A stretch of DNA of 64,000 bases, taken from assembly GCA_053919585.1 (NCBI GenBank), contig CM132801.1; one strand, 5' to 3'. The translations under genes and the position numbers were made by a program. Position 1 is the first letter of the stretch. Every line of letters begins with the position of its first letter. This document shows positions 14,190 through 28,503 of the stretch, piece by piece. Source of the stretch: Euprymna scolopes (taxonomy: Eukaryota). The notes under the pieces were generated by a model. It made no database searches and had not been told where the DNA came from. It worked only from the letters and a program-made list of their open reading frames with translations.

Positions 14190-15410
14190 TTAGTCTTTCA
14201 CTGCATAGGAACCACCCAAAGTTATGCATTTTTTTCAATCGGTTGATCCAACTCTGGAGACCGTTTTTGTAGTACACCCAAGATTGGTCCTCCAACCACT
14301 ACGTCACTACAGAAATCAAGACTGCACCATCTGGGAAACGCTGTCCTTTCAAAAACAACTTCATGGCTGGGAAGAGGTGAAAGTCACAGGGGGTAAAGTC
14401 AGGACAGTAGGGAGGATCGGGAAGGATTGTATAACCACACGCCCGTGCTTCTTATCTGGTGGCATGCGAGTTGTGGAGCGGAGCGTTGTTCTGCAAGAGG
14501 TAGGTACCTTTGCTGATCTTGCCAAGCCTCTTGATTTTTATAGCTTCCCTTAATTTCCTCCTAAGTGAAGCATAATAGGCTCTTGTAATGGGGTTACCCT
14601 TTGCCAGAAAATCTGTCATCGCTACTCCGTCTTGGTCCCAAAACACTTTGAGCATGATCTTGCCAGCGGATGGCTGCACCCTTGCCTGATTTGGAGGTGG
14701 TCAATCCAAGTGTCTCCACTACATTGACTGAGCTTTGGTCTCTAGATCATAGTGATGGATCCAGGTGTATCCTGTGTAATCAGCGTTTTGAAAAACTTTG
14801 ACTCATTATCTTGCAAATATCCAAATTCATCCTAGAGCACTGGATGCGTCCTCGCTTCTGAAAAAGTGTGAGCAACCTGGGAAACCATTTACCAGACACC
14901 TTCGTCATATGCAAATGGCCATGAATGGTAGTTTCCACAGACCCTGTACTAATCTTGACATATTGGGTCATTTGGCGAATAGTAATGCGCTGATCTACCA
15001 AAATGGCAGCCTCAACTTGACGGACAGATGTCTCATCAATGCCAGAAGGGGGGGGCGACCAGGTCTGTGAGGTGTTTCCGCAGACTTTCGGCCAAGTTTG
15101 AATTCTTGATGCCAGCGTTTTACAAGGGCATATGATGGGGAATTATCACAATAAGTGTCTTTCATTTCATCAAAAGTCTCCTGTGATGTGCGTCCTTTAA
15201 AATACAAACACCGGATCACTGCTCGACATTCAACAGGCTCCATTTCACACCTGACTCAGTTTTAACACCTGTAAACAAGAAATCACAATTAGTTTAGAAG
15301 TGTAATTTGCCACGTTAGCCGTAGGGCTATAAATCATTGCACATGCAAAATTTCAGTTAGATCAGACAACTGAAAATGGGTCAGGGGTATTACTTATAGC
15401 ACACCCCTCG
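14190..15410 (-). mobile_element. Mariner (Tc1/mariner) element with a disrupted transposase
   Basis: HTH region MEPVECRAVIR..VKRWHQEFK..RPGRP, WFPRLL (WVPHEL-like), MLKVFWD, LQNNAPLH and YCPDFTPCDFHLF (YSPDLAP-like, ~14370-14410). One terminus reads TA|cgaggggtgtgctataag at 15410; the other TIR was not found. Confidence 0.92.
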
Positions 15411-18400
15411 TATAAACATGGTTCATTTTCTTTTTAAGTGTACTTTGTTTAATGCGATATTATAAGCGTGCTTTTTCATGAAACATATTTTCACACAAAC
15501 GGACATAAAAAGCTTTAGTGACACCTGATTTTATCTGCATGACAAAATAGAAGAGTAATGAGTTCAGCAATACTTGATTCTCTTATACTCAACTTCTGAT
15601 ATTGATAAAAATATGATTCATCTGAAAACCATATAGATCAAGTTTACTCCAGAAATATATGACTACCTCTGTCACTAATTTGTCTCATGTTATATAGTTT
15701 GAATCGGGAACAAATGATTTCTTACGCTTTTACAAATAAAAAGAACAAATAACTTTTTTATCTGCTTTTTTTCAAATTGCCTTTCTGGTTCATTTATATT
15801 TATTTTCCCATGTCTATAATGAAATATCATAATTTTCCCATTCTTTCATTTATTTTATTTACTAGGCTGTTTACCTGTACACGCAGAAAAGAAGATTGCG
15901 AGAAGATTGAAGTGAACACAAAAATAGATGAAATAATAAGACAGCACTAAAAATTCATCTAAATAAGATATTTATAAACAGTTGCGTACAATAACACAAG
16001 AGGGAACTGCAGATAAATATATTCTATGATACATGGCTCAATTGATGATGTATTTTGCAAATTACGGCTTCTCAAACTAATCACATTTCGAACATAACTC
16101 AATCCATATTAAACTAACATGTTAGTGTACTTTATGTAAATAAAATATATATGAAAAAAGAAACGTCACTTAAATGAGCTTTGATTAACTCAAGTAGACT
16201 ATCGTAATAAATACCATTTAAAGGAAACGTCGGGTTTTTTTATTTATAAAATTGAACATGTTTTATTCTAAATTTATGTCCTTAATTCTATAAATGATGA
16301 AATAAAAAAAACAACATATATAAGCCACAAAATTAGGGTTTTCATTTGTTTAAAACGTCAGAGTACATTACTTATTCACTTACGCTTACTATGTTGCTAT
16401 CTACTCCATTATTTTCTTATTTAATGCTCCTCACCTCAGCGTGGTCTTGTTTATGCCCCTCTATCATACATCTGCGCATGCTGTGAGTGAAGAACCAATT
16501 ATTCTACAAAAAAGATAGACAGCTGTCCCCTTAAATTTATTTTATTGTTTCCAGCAATGCTAGATTCACTATCGTAGAGTTCACGGTCAAAGTGTTATTA
16601 CCCCCATCATTTAGAGACCGTCTATTATAATCCGTACACAAGAACAGATACCGCAATTACATTGCCGTAAACACGATCTTATGTGCTGCTGAAGTAGAAG
16701 GGTAAATTTGTCAATGTGAAAGATCGATAAGAATTGAGTTGATCCTCGTCCAAAGACTGGGCGACGTCAAAAATCAAGGTCTTTCACTTCATCACAAAGA
16801 AGTTGGAATGACACGTCGAAAGACTGCATTTCGTATCCTCTCTAAATCAGATATTCTCATTATTCTTTTATTTAAGTGTCATGTGCAACTGGCGTTGTTC
16901 TTAATGGAAATAAAGTAAGACGAAATACATCTACGATTGATCTGGAATAAAAACAGCATTATCTGCCGTGGAATGTTTTCTCAAACATATATTGGTGTAG
17001 ACAACAAATTTTACAATAGTTAACTCACGAAAGTCTACACAAAGGTGTTTATAGAACCATTAAATATTAAGCGATTCATACAAAAGAGGCCTTACTTTAT
17101 GATTTACAAAAATTCTAAGTTCTCTTTCGAAATGATGGAGGAGAAAAACAGCTATGCAGATAAGAAAAGGAATTAGGATTATTAATATTATGATAGAATG
17201 TACATATTACATTAAATCAATTAAATAATTGATTATTATGTGCATGTATGACAGGGTATGAATTATGCTTCCATAAAAAATGACTATTATTTATTTTTAC
17301 AGTTGATCAGGCTCGGTTCAGAATGATGCTATGAGAAATATCTGACACAGATTTATAAAGTGGTGACTAAACAAAATGACGTTGCTCAATAACAACACAA
17401 TGGGGGAAGGCACTTAATTATATAAAAACATATATTATTTGGAGTGAAATAATAGAATTTTATTGTAAAGTAAGTCATTTAGGAAATACCTTAAATCTAC
17501 TTCACACGCATGCTATATTTTTGGATGATATAAAAGATCTAAATAATTATTTATGTGTCCGACGTCCGGTGTCACCAAAAATCATCATCACAAACATTAA
17601 TTAATGAGAAATGAATTACCCCCATTTGTAGTCGCTCTTTTTAGTTAAAAAAAAACCATTAAAACGATTTTCTCTTCAAAAGTCCCCAAAAACAAAAAAG
17701 AAAAACATGACCGTATGCTTACGATTTTAAATCGGTAATTTTATTTCATAACTAACAAAAAATAATGTTAAGAGGGGACTATATTTTTTGGATATAATTA
17801 AAAATGTGTTTTTTTTTTTATTTATACTACGATTTTTTTCAGAAAACACAAACAATTGGGTGTTGAATTTTCATTGAAAATGTGTAATTATTTAAATTAA
17901 TTCTTTTCGATTTCAAAAGTTAAAAAAAACAATTTAATATAAAATGTTTCAAATTCGTTATTATTTGCTATATTTTATTTCTATTAATTTTATTTATAAT
18001 GTGCTTTAAAATTTATAAACTAGTTCCGAATTTCCACAGATACTGCTAGCGTTCATCATAATACCAACGATAAATAAATTATTAATCAGATCTGCTTTAC
18101 AATAGTTTTACACACTTTGCACAAATTGTGATGCATAAGTATCGTGGTAATAAACCATCTTATATTAGGATTATGAGTCATTTGCAATTATCTATTATGA
18201 GATTAATAATCTTTACAAATTATCTTTAGAAATCTGCAAATAATAAATTACTAGAAAAGGAAATTTTATGTAACGAATCACTTATACCAATTACTTATCA
18301 ATAATCATTTTTCCGATCAATCAGGTACTTGATTTTTTTAAAATCTACTCATTATCCGAATTGATATTTTCCAAATTTCTCAAGACATGCACATGTCTTT

Positions 18401-18829
18401 TACTTCAATCTTTGATAAGTTTAGGTCCTACATTTTGTTTCATCTTTTAAAACAAACATTTCATCGCTAGTGTAGAATTTCATTAGGGTTTTTATGAAGA
18501 AAAAAGGTAATCAATTTACTGCAATTATATTTTTTATTTTACTTAAGTTGAACAAAAAATGATAGAAACAATACTATTTATCTATTCTTCTAATTTATTT
18601 ACGCTGCTTCGCAACTTTGAACTTGTCGATTTTTTTAGTATTTTAATCTATATTCAAGGTGCTTCTTATCTGAAAACGTAACCGTTTGCTCGTTGGTAAA
18701 ATTAGAGCAAAAAATGCATACTTTTGAGGAACTCATCGAATTGTTTGAGGAAAATTGAATCTAAATAATTTATAACTCATGCAGTATCTTCTCTCATATA
18801 TTATCTTCTGTCCCATTCTTAACTTATGT

Positions 18830-19140
18830 GCCAAGCCGTTTATTTTATTAACTATCGTGTGTGAATGTTTATTAGGTTTCTTAAATTTTATTTTCTTGAT
18901 TAGCTTAATTAGTCCGTTTTCAAATTCTTCTAAATGTTCATAAGTTTTACGGAATTGGTTTGATTTTAGTCCATAATATTTCGCCACGATTCTCTCTTGC
19001 TCCCTCTGTCGGGAGATACTATTTATTGGCAGAGGAGGATTTTCTAAATTACTGTGGAGCGGGGGAGGGAGGGTTACTTTAGGGGTGCCCAAGCGGTTTT
19101 GTTTTAAACTCATATTAAGACCATGATGGTATGGTTTCAA
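18830..19140 (-). pseudogene. Penelope-like (Naiad-type) ORF N-terminal relic
   Basis: YYGLKSNQFRKTYEHLEEFENGLIKLIKKIKFK resembles the YGFKS..L..FE..L..LI..IKF segment found upstream of the RT in this group (recalled pattern, not searched). Confidence 0.6.
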
Positions 19141-19297
19141 TCTAACATTGATTATGAATTTATTGGTTACTGCTATTTATTAAGAGATGTAGGATTTCCG
19201 GGATAGGGTAGGGATGTTTTTGGATGAGAGGGGGATGTATTCATTATTAAACATATATGGATAAGTCAATTAAACCTCAACCAAGAGGGAGCATATA

Positions 19298-19400
19298 ATA
19301 GCGTAATGTAAAAGGAAAAAAAGACAGTTCAATTCCACAAAAGGAGACTTATCCGGATAATGCCAAGCTCAACACTAATTATTGGAGCTTATTCAATATA
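19298..19400 (-). repeat. ~100-bp repeat, reverse complement of 25628-25730 (putative Penelope pseudo-LTR 3' end)
   Basis: ggagacttatccggataatgccaagc here matches gcttggcattatccggataagtctcc near 25661, and the flanks also align. Confidence 0.75.
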
Positions 19401-20499
19401 CGTAAATGCAATTAACCCCACTGAAAATGCACCACCGGACAGGAACTCGATATTGCACTTCTTCGGCATCCATAAAATGCAACAATATCCATCACTAAAC
19501 ATTTACCCTAGTATAAGACTATCGGACATCACCCCAAACTATTTTTAAACCACCCATAAAACTCGTGTTCTGAAAAAAGCGCCATAAAAAACTTCAACTC
19601 TTTAATATAAAATATTAGCCCACCCTCTGAACACACAACCGTTACATAGCTTTAAATAAATTACTAACCTAGAATAGCCTGCATCTTGGCAATGCCTAAT
19701 TAAAAATAAATCTGCCTTAATCATAAGCCAACAAAAAACTTTGTCTAACAAAGCATATCCCCGAAAATATGTACACGTAATACCACCTGTTAAATTGCAA
19801 CAAAACCACCAATTAGCACACGATGCAACGAGAATATAACCTAAACAATATAAAATCCAGGCCCAAATAAAATATAGTTAGAAACCATTTCACAGAGCTA
19901 AAGACTTAAAACCTAAATTTAGAACTATCTAACCACCACCGCTTACCCCCACTTCTGGCGACCCCCCTGCCAAGTAAGAAATTATTATAAAACCAGCGCA
20001 TTTGGTCTCCACTATTAGATTTACACTAAGCTCTCCACCCAGTAGTATTTACATTAACACTTTTAAATGTACCGAAAATATAACCTAAGAAAAGCTTCCC
20101 CAATTCAACCCAACCCATCCCCGTCACCCATACATCCAAATCCCCATCCCTATTCTACCCCTCCGACTACCAGCCAAGCATCCCATCTAGATGCTACTTC
20201 CTACTGATAATATAACTTAGATTTGAACACAGTTGAACCAGTCCAATTACGGGTAATTTCCATCACAAGAATCTCCGTTTAAAAAAAACAGTTTCTTGCC
20301 AGCCAAATTAGGAGGAATAAGAATTCACCAGACCAAAACATCTACGGACGACCACCCCAACAAAATATTTGGAGAAATATCGAACTTTAAAACACTGCTA
20401 TAAACTATGCTTCTTTAATCTCTTGGAGATTAGAACTAATACATTAAGTAGTTACGGCGATTCGATGGACCTGCCATCGTGTTCATGAACGAGAAAGTC

Positions 20500-22963
20500 A
20501 CACAGACGTAGCATGTAGCGCAACACATAGCTTCTCTATATCTCATTCCCTTTCTCAGTTGGTTACATTTCCGACACGTTTCCCAGACCAGCACTATAAA
20601 CATGCCTCACTTCTAGATCTCTTTCTGACAACGGTTCCCAATGACTGCACAACAAATGCCCACAGCCCACTCGGGAATGCTGATCACGCTGTGATAATGA
20701 TAGAAATCAGCCTAAATTCTCGCCCTAAAACTGAAGACCCACTACTCAAAACAACGAGGTATTACAAAAAAACTGATTAGGAAGCCATGAGGGAGCTCAT
20801 CAGAGATGCCCCATGGCAAAATATCTTTACTCTTCCAGCGGAACAGTGTGCAAATGAGACAACTGAATGGTTCAAAACTGCTATTGAAGCACATGTTCCC
20901 GCACGGAAATACTATAGCAACCCCCACTCTCCTCAATGGTTTACTTCAACTTGTGCAGCTGCCATTTGCCAAAGGCAACGTGCGTTCCGCAGATTCAACC
21001 GACGTAAGTCCAGCTAAAATAAACAGAAGTTTATAGAAGCTAGAAATAATTGTAAGAGAGTGATAGACACAGCTAAGACAGATTACTCTGAACCCACCAG
21101 AAAACGCTTCGAAGCACAGAAATTAGGAACCCGGGATTTTTGGAAAATCTACAACAGCGTAGTAAATAATGGACAGTAAATTATTCCCCCACTAACAAAC
21201 AACCATGAGGTTGCTTGCACGGCAACTGACAAGGCTAATCTGCTTGCCAGTCGGTTTGCCTCAAACTCCACACTGAACTCGGTACACCACTCACTCCCTG
21301 ATTTTCCCCTGCGAACAGACGCCACACTTGACGATTTGAAAATCACCTCTTCTCAGGTACATGCGATTATAAAAAACCTAGACACCTAAAAAGCATGTGG
21401 ACCAGATCTCATCCCGGCTGTGCTATTAAAAAAATGCTCTGCTGAGGTTGCTCCAGTTCTGTCCAAACTTTACAATAAATGCCTTAACGAATCTTGTTTT
21501 CCCGACTGCTGGAAAACCGTCTCTGTGGTACCAGTCTTCAAGAATTCTGGTGAAAGAACTGACCCACTAAATTATCGCCCCATTAGCCTCCTCCCGCTTT
21601 TCGCCAAAATATTTGAGTCCTTAGTTAATCAAGCCCTAGTCCAGCACCTAACAGCTGCTAAAAACCTGACTGACAAACAATATGGATTCAGGCAACCCCG
21701 TTCAACAGCAGATATCTTAACTGTAGTTTCTGAACGTATATACCGTTCATTGGATAAAACAGGGGAGGGTAGAGCGGTGCCCCTTCATATATCTAAGGCT
21801 TTTGACAGGGTATGGCACGATGGTCTTCTAAGGAAAATTAGATCATATGGAATCACTGGAAGAATTCATAATGTAATTAAATCCTTCTAAAGTAATAGAA
21901 AAATCAAAGTTTTCCTCGACGGACATACATCCAAACAATATGACATAAATGCGGGAGTACCCTAGGGGTCTATTCTTGGACCTCTATTATTCCTGATATT
22001 CATAAACGACCTCGCTGATAATATTGTTTCGGAGATGGGTATATTTGCCGATGACACCACTCTCTATAACAGATATGAGGGGAAAACAAATGAACACATA
22101 TGCAAGAAAATGGCAGTAACACTAGAAGATGACCTCCAATCCGTAGTGGAATGGGGACAAAAATGGTTGGTCACATTCAATGCTGCTAAGACTAAGCTTG
22201 TTTCCTTCAATAACTACAAGAAACCTTCTCTACCACCAATAGCAATGGCCAAGAACACATTGCCTTAAAGTACTTCTTTTAAACTCATCGGCCTAACGTT
22301 TACAGGGAATATGAACTGGAATAGATACATTGAGAGCATTGCCAAGGCTGCTGCAAGGAAGGTTGGCTCCCTCTACCGTGCTAGAAAACTACTTACGCCT
22401 GCCAGTATCCTATACCTCTATAAGGCAACCATTCGCCCATGTATGGAGTACTGTTATCACATCTGGTCTGGTGCATCTGCTGCTTGTCTCTCGCTCCTGG
22501 ACAGGGTTCAAAAAAGAGTCGCCAAACTGATAGGTCCTGAACTGTCATCTAGGCTTCAACCTCTGTCCCATCGACGAGATGTTGCATCCCTCTGCCTGTT
22601 CTACAAATACTTTAATGGTGAATGTTCTGACGAACTGCAAACACTTGTACCTCCCCGACGTAACTACCCCCGACAAACCGACAAGCTACTAAGTCTCACC
22701 CCTTTACAGTAGAGATCCCTAGGTGCAAGAAAGCCTTTTACTCCAATAGTTTCTTCCCCAGAACTGCGGGTCTTTGGAACTCCCTTCCGGGATTCTGCTT
22801 TTCCAACTGCAATGATATACAGGAGTTCAAGTGTAATGTTAACAAACATCTTTCTACTCTTCTCCCTTCATAATGAGCCCGCTAATTAATTCCCTAATAG
22901 TAGCCCCCTGCTTCAAAGTGGCACTGTGCCTTGTTTGGGGTGAAAATTTAATAATAATAAAAA
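20500..22963 (+). mobile_element. CR1-like LINE family B, 5'-truncated and disrupted (end of endonuclease, RT, 3' UTR)
   Basis: VTFPTRFPD..LLDLFLT, NYRPISLLP, QYGFR, ISKAFDRVWH, FADD and MEYCYHIW. The 3' end is gtggcactgtgccttgtttggggtgaaaa plus an A-rich tail. Confidence 0.93.
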
Positions 22964-23211
22964 GTATGTATTCAACTTTCTAGGCCTGTCCAGTCTATAT
23001 AAACATCAATTTGATGGCCTTTAAATCGAACTTCAAGAAATTTAAAGTTTTAACGTGGACCCCTGAAACTCCCGTTCCCAGTGAAGCAATGCTTTAATTT
23101 AATTTAAAACCAGGGGGCTTTGTTCACCGAACTCTTACGCTTTCCCGGCTTATTCTACATCTATTTTTGTGTTTTAAATTTTTTATACGGATATATGTAT
23201 GAGTATGCGTA

Positions 23212-23279
<68 letters not shown>

Positions 23280-23402
23280 AATAAAAAACCAATACGGAAA
23301 ATATATGAATGTTTATATCTTGTCTGTATTTATTTTCTGTGTGTTGACGTGTAGGAATACAAAAAGTCTTTTGAAAACCAACCAAGAATGTTTCCTTCAA
23401 AA

Positions 23403-23443
23403 GCACATATTTTCGACCGATCCTTCGATCTTCCTCAGTGTGA
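23403..23443 (-). ncRNA. Degenerate minimal hammerhead-like motif
   Basis: Minus strand reads caca CUGAGGA a GAUCGA agga UCGGUC GAAA aua ugug. Stems I and II pair, but stem III is too short. Confidence 0.45.
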
Positions 23444-24319
23444 ATTATAGAAAACATGAGTGAGCGGGCAGAGTTAGAAGCGGGGGGAAGGGTCACGAGT
23501 ATAGCCATTAAGGTAAAGATCTATCTGAATATGACCCTTCCAGCATTTTCGACTTGGAATGCTCAGCAACTTGTGTGGCCTATATTCAAAACCAAGTCCT
23601 TTCACGCCACCCAACTAACACACTCGTATACGTGAGAATTCATGTATATACACTCGCACACTACCACAAATGCTTCTTCACGTACATATGCATACACAGG
23701 ATACGCGCACTCACGTTTATGGACGTGTTCACATATACAGCTGGAGATTGATGAGTAGATGAAGATGATAAGCAAAATGGTTACGAATTAGAATGTATGT
23801 CCCAAAAGCTTGGACTTATGTATTTATTGTGGGTCTAGGGTGCCAAGATTGTCTACACGTACGCAACACATACATACATACATGCACACACACACACACG
23901 CAAACGTTTATTTATTGTTTTGAAACGTTCCTGTAGATTTCGTATTTGATATATATATATATATATATATAAACATTTAATGTTGAAAAAAATAAATAAA
24001 ATGAAGCAAAATAACTAAATAAACGGACGATATTCTTTTGAGCATTTACTTAAAATATTCTATTCTTGTTCAAACATATTAAAATTTATTAAAGTATTCG
24101 GATTGTTCCCTTTCTTTCTTCTCTCACGCCCATTCATACTCCTATATGCACATATATACTCATACATACATAATACATACATACCGACATACATACATAT
24201 ATATATATATTTTTTTTGTCTTACTTTATTTTATACAGGTTCACTTAACCCTCACACCTCAACCCCATTTCCTGCCACTTTGACCCCCACTTGTTAGCAT
24301 CCCTTCCTTTTACGCACTC

Positions 24320-24900
24320 CTAATAATTAGTATTAACAGTGTTTACATTATTATTATTGGTAATAGTGGTGATGATGGTGGAGGTACTGGTAGAAGTATT
24401 GTTACTACTATCTTTATTATTATCATTATTATTTGTGCANNNNNNNNNNNNNNNNNNNNNNNNNNNNNNNNNNNNNNNNNNNNNNNNNNNNNNNNNNNNN
24501 NNNNNNNNNNNNNNNNNNNNNNNNNNNNNNNNNNNNNNNNNNNNNNNNNNNNNNNNNNNNNNNNNNNNNNTCCCCATCATTGCTACCATAACCGCTACCA
24601 TTATCTCCATTTTCACTGTTATTAACAGCAATTTTAATTTAATGTTATCACAACTATTGACCATTATATTTAATGTTTAATGTTAATGTTTATCTTTAAT
24701 TTTGTTTTTATAATAATAATAATAATAATAATAATTATTATTATTATTATTATTAATATTATTATTATTATAATTATTATTATTTTTAATATTCAATTTA
24801 CTTTTAATTTATGTTCAGCTTATCATTACTATTACTATAATTATTATTACTATTACTTTAATTGTCATTACTATTATCTTTCGTACTATTATAATTACCC
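24320..24900. repeat. Trinucleotide low-complexity region (ATT/AAT/TAC) with an N block
   Basis: Directly visible. Confidence 0.85.
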
Positions 24901-25476
24901 TACTATTATTTGGTATATTTTTACCACTCTCATAAGTAGTAATGATTTCCTTACCACCCCCACGTTGACATCAATCTGTATACTTAACCTTTTGCATCAA
25001 GTTATGAGCACTCATAGTCATTGCCTCCCTAATCTCCAACCTCGCCCTTGTGGTTATACTCCCTATATCATAACAGTAGACATTATAAATATATTGCCGC
25101 ATATTAACTTTCAGTTTTACAACCTTGCATACCCCCCAAAATTATCAGCGATTTTATAGCCACCTTTTGCCCTGTAGGTGGAACCAATCAAAATTACCCA
25201 CTCCATAGAAAATAGACACCCCACAAACACTTAAAATAAATTACAATGCAGCAACAATACATCCCTATTTACCATAATACATATACCCCTTAATCTCAAT
25301 ACTGTGTTAAAGACCATATATACTCTTATATATCATACTATATATAATAAGCTTTGCCTTGTTCATTTAGAATTCAATAAAGCTTACCCTAACATTCTAT
25401 AAATCGTATTCATTTTTTTCATCCGTAATGAACCTTACGCTAGACGCCGCATCTTCCCCATGCTAACTAACACATT

Positions 25477-25524
25477 CTCTACTGATGAGAAACATAAGGC
25501 TTCGAAATGCCCTGGCATAAAGAG
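25477..25524 (+). ncRNA. Type I hammerhead ribozyme motif, slightly degenerate
   Basis: cucu-a CUGAUGA GAA acauaaggc UUC GAAA UGCC cu GGCA UA^ a-agag. The core is intact, stem III is near-palindromic, and the first stem I pair is an A.A mismatch. Confidence 0.7.
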
Positions 25525-25727
25525 TCCCTTCTATTCCCCAAATTTTGCCTGTAGTCTATTATTCAATAAATGATCCATTCTATATCTACCAATATATAGT
25601 TTTGTGTCTTTATTTCATATTCTTGTTGTTCTATTATATAAGGTCCAATAATTATTGTTGCGCTTGGCATTATCCGGATAAGTCTCCGTATGTGGAATTG
25701 GAATTTCTCTTTTACTTTTACATTAAG

Positions 25728-25781
<54 letters not shown>

Positions 25782-25984
25782 TTATATATATTAGATGTAG
25801 TGTAGAGAAAACTTCTCGCAGATCTTTTAATGTTGATGTCAAATGAAGTATTTTCCTACAAGTTTTGATTCTGCTATCTTAACGTCATATTCCATGTCGG
25901 TTTTAGCGTTCTATCCGCTGGTTTCATTTACAATCCTTAAAGAAAAAACGTATATCTTTATTTTAGAATTTTTTTAAAATAAAG

Positions 25985-27195
25985 ATGTAAAAATCAAATT
26001 TGCACAATTTGTTTTATTTCAATTCAAGCTGTGCTGAAAAACTGCTGAAACTGCTCGCGATATCCACGAAGCGTTAAGCTAAGGAACCACTACTATACGG
26101 CCAACACGATGGTGGAGTAAGTCCTAGAGATGATTTTCGTAGTGGACAGCCATCGGAAGTTGACAACTGTCATTAAGCGCTTGAGCGAAAGCTAATCCAT
26201 ACTCAAAATTTCCAGATCTTGCTTCTGAATTAGATGTTACTTATCAGACGATTTTCAACTATTTGAGCGCGATTTGCAAAAAAAAAAAAATCTTCATAAA
26301 TGGGTGCCTCATGAATTTTTATTTTATTTTTTTTAATTACATTTTCACCCCAAACAAGGCACATTGCCACTTTGGTGTAGGGGGCTACTATCAGGGGAAA
26401 CATCTACTGGGGTTCTATGTAGGGATTAGGGCAGCGAGATGTTGGTTCACGTTGCACTTGAACTTATGCGTGTCAGTACAGTTGGGGAAGCAGTGACCTG
26501 GAATGGAATTTCAAAGTCTAGCTGTTCTGGGGTAGAAACTACTGGAGTAGAAAGATCTTTTACATCTAGGGATCTCTACTGTGTGGGGGTGACTAGTAGC
26601 CGATGCACCGGCCCAAATATGACAGCAATACTCCATACATGGGTGAATAGTGGCCTTATAGAGGTACAGGATACTTTCGGGTGTTAGAAGTTTTCTAGCA
26701 CGGTAGAGAGAGCCCACCTTCCTTGCAGCGGCCCTGGCAATGCCCTCGATGTAATTGTTCCAACTCATGTTTCCTGTGAACGTTAGGCCAAGGAGCTTGA
26801 GAGACGTACTCTCAGATAAAGAGTCGTTGGCCATTGCTATAGGTGGTAGAGAAGGTGTCTTGTAATTATTGAATGAAACCAGTTTTGTCTTGGTGGCATT
26901 GAACGTTACCATCCATTTTTGTCCCCATTCCACTACTGATTAAAGGTCATCCTCTAGTGTTTCTGCCATTACTTTAGATATATGTTCATTTGTTTTCCTG
27001 TCGTGCCTGCTATAGAGTGTGGTGTCATCAGCATATATACCCATCTCAGAGGCAATTTTGTCGGGGAGGTCATTTATGAATCATTTATGAATATCAGGAA
27101 CAGCAGAGATCCAAGGATAGATCCCTGAATTGAATTGAAAGAAAACCAAAATAAACGCCGTCATAAAGGGTCCCATTTCCTCTTTTACGCAATCC
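25985..27195 (+). mobile_element. Second mariner transposase relic, split by a LINE insertion
   Basis: FQFKL..KTAETARDIHEA, then KWVPHE at 26298-26315, resuming as ELKENQNKRRH after ~27132. Confidence 0.75.
26318..27128 (-). mobile_element. CR1-like LINE family B 3' fragment with an internal deletion
   Basis: PQGS, YADD and MEYCCHIW motifs, family B 3' UTR and A-rich tail; tgaatt is present on both flanks. Confidence 0.9.
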
Positions 27196-28202
27196 CTTTC
27201 CTGACATGCTTATTTATTGGACATGTGTATGAGTATATTTTTAATTTTTAAAATATTCAAAATATAAAGATAAGATATTTATTTGTTCATGCTTTATTTT
27301 TATTTTTTAATTATTATTTATTTTATAATAACAATTAAGAACCCAAATATTGATGTAACATTTAATTATTTGTTCATATCATTGACTCGCATCTAGCTTT
27401 TATGTTATTATTATATCAAAAGAACAGACGAAACACGTTAGTCTGTTTATACTTTATGTGTTTAATATTTTTGTTGTTCTAACAGACGATACCTTGCATA
27501 TCAATTATGTTATTGAATTACTGGACGACCCTACAAAGTATCTATTATTTGAATCTCATTTTTTAAAGGACCTGGGGATGCTTACATAAAACTTTTAAGT
27601 TACATATATTCGGAACCAAGTCCAGCTCCTCTAATAATCGTTATGCTATTGAGATATTTTTATAATTTATAATTTATTTATTGTTTATTCCCGTCATGGA
27701 AGAGTCTCCGGATATTTATTATATGGTTTAATATTAGTATGTTTCCTTTTATAACCAAACTGTTATAATATATACGAACGATCCTCCCATAATATATGTC
27801 ACGTGTTTAAGTCTAGGCGTATTAGACATGCACTATACATATAAAAACTACGAAGTTATAGAAAAATAAAGAATATTAATTGTACATACAAACAAAGAAT
27901 TAGAATAGTCACAAAGTGCCTAAAAAAGATACGCAAGTTCTGATTTACCTTAATAAAAAGAATGAGTCATTGAGAATTGATATTAATAATTTCTTTTTTC
28001 TGTTTTTTTATCAGAGAGAAAAACTTTTGTAATTACCAAACGTGTCCAGTTTTCTTTTAGGTTTGCTTCTAATTGATTTATTTTGTTATTTTTTCGACCG
28101 GATTGGATCGCAGAAAATATCGGCCGGAATTAATCTAGTCAGCGTCTGACAATCTGTTGCGGCGTAGCTACTTAATCTAAATCACCAACTTACTTACGAA
28201 GA

Positions 28203-28503
28203 GTAGCTGAATCCACTGTGAAAAATTTCCCCCACTCTATATCTGTGCCTAAATCAAAACGCGGATTTCATGAACAATGCTTCTTTCTTATAACTGCACG
28301 CCTGTGGAACTCTGTTCCGTCTGCCTGCTTCCCACCGTACTACATCTTGGATGTCTTCAAGTCCAACGTTAACAACTTCCTAATGAACCGCCCCCTTGAG
28401 TAAACACTTCATCAAATCTCAACACTAACGTAATGTACTTGCAATAACCCTTATCCCTGAGTGGCTTCCGGGCCTTAATAAGTGGTGATCACTGTGTAAA
28501 AAA
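28203..28503 (+). mobile_element. Short 3' end of CR1-like LINE family A
   Basis: Near-identical reverse complement of 3972-4270. Confidence 0.92.

Noticed and set aside
15860-17400. Possible host exons (polypyrimidine-AG sites near 15865, 16555 and 17302)
   Set aside because: The frames I read contain stops and no recognisable protein emerges.
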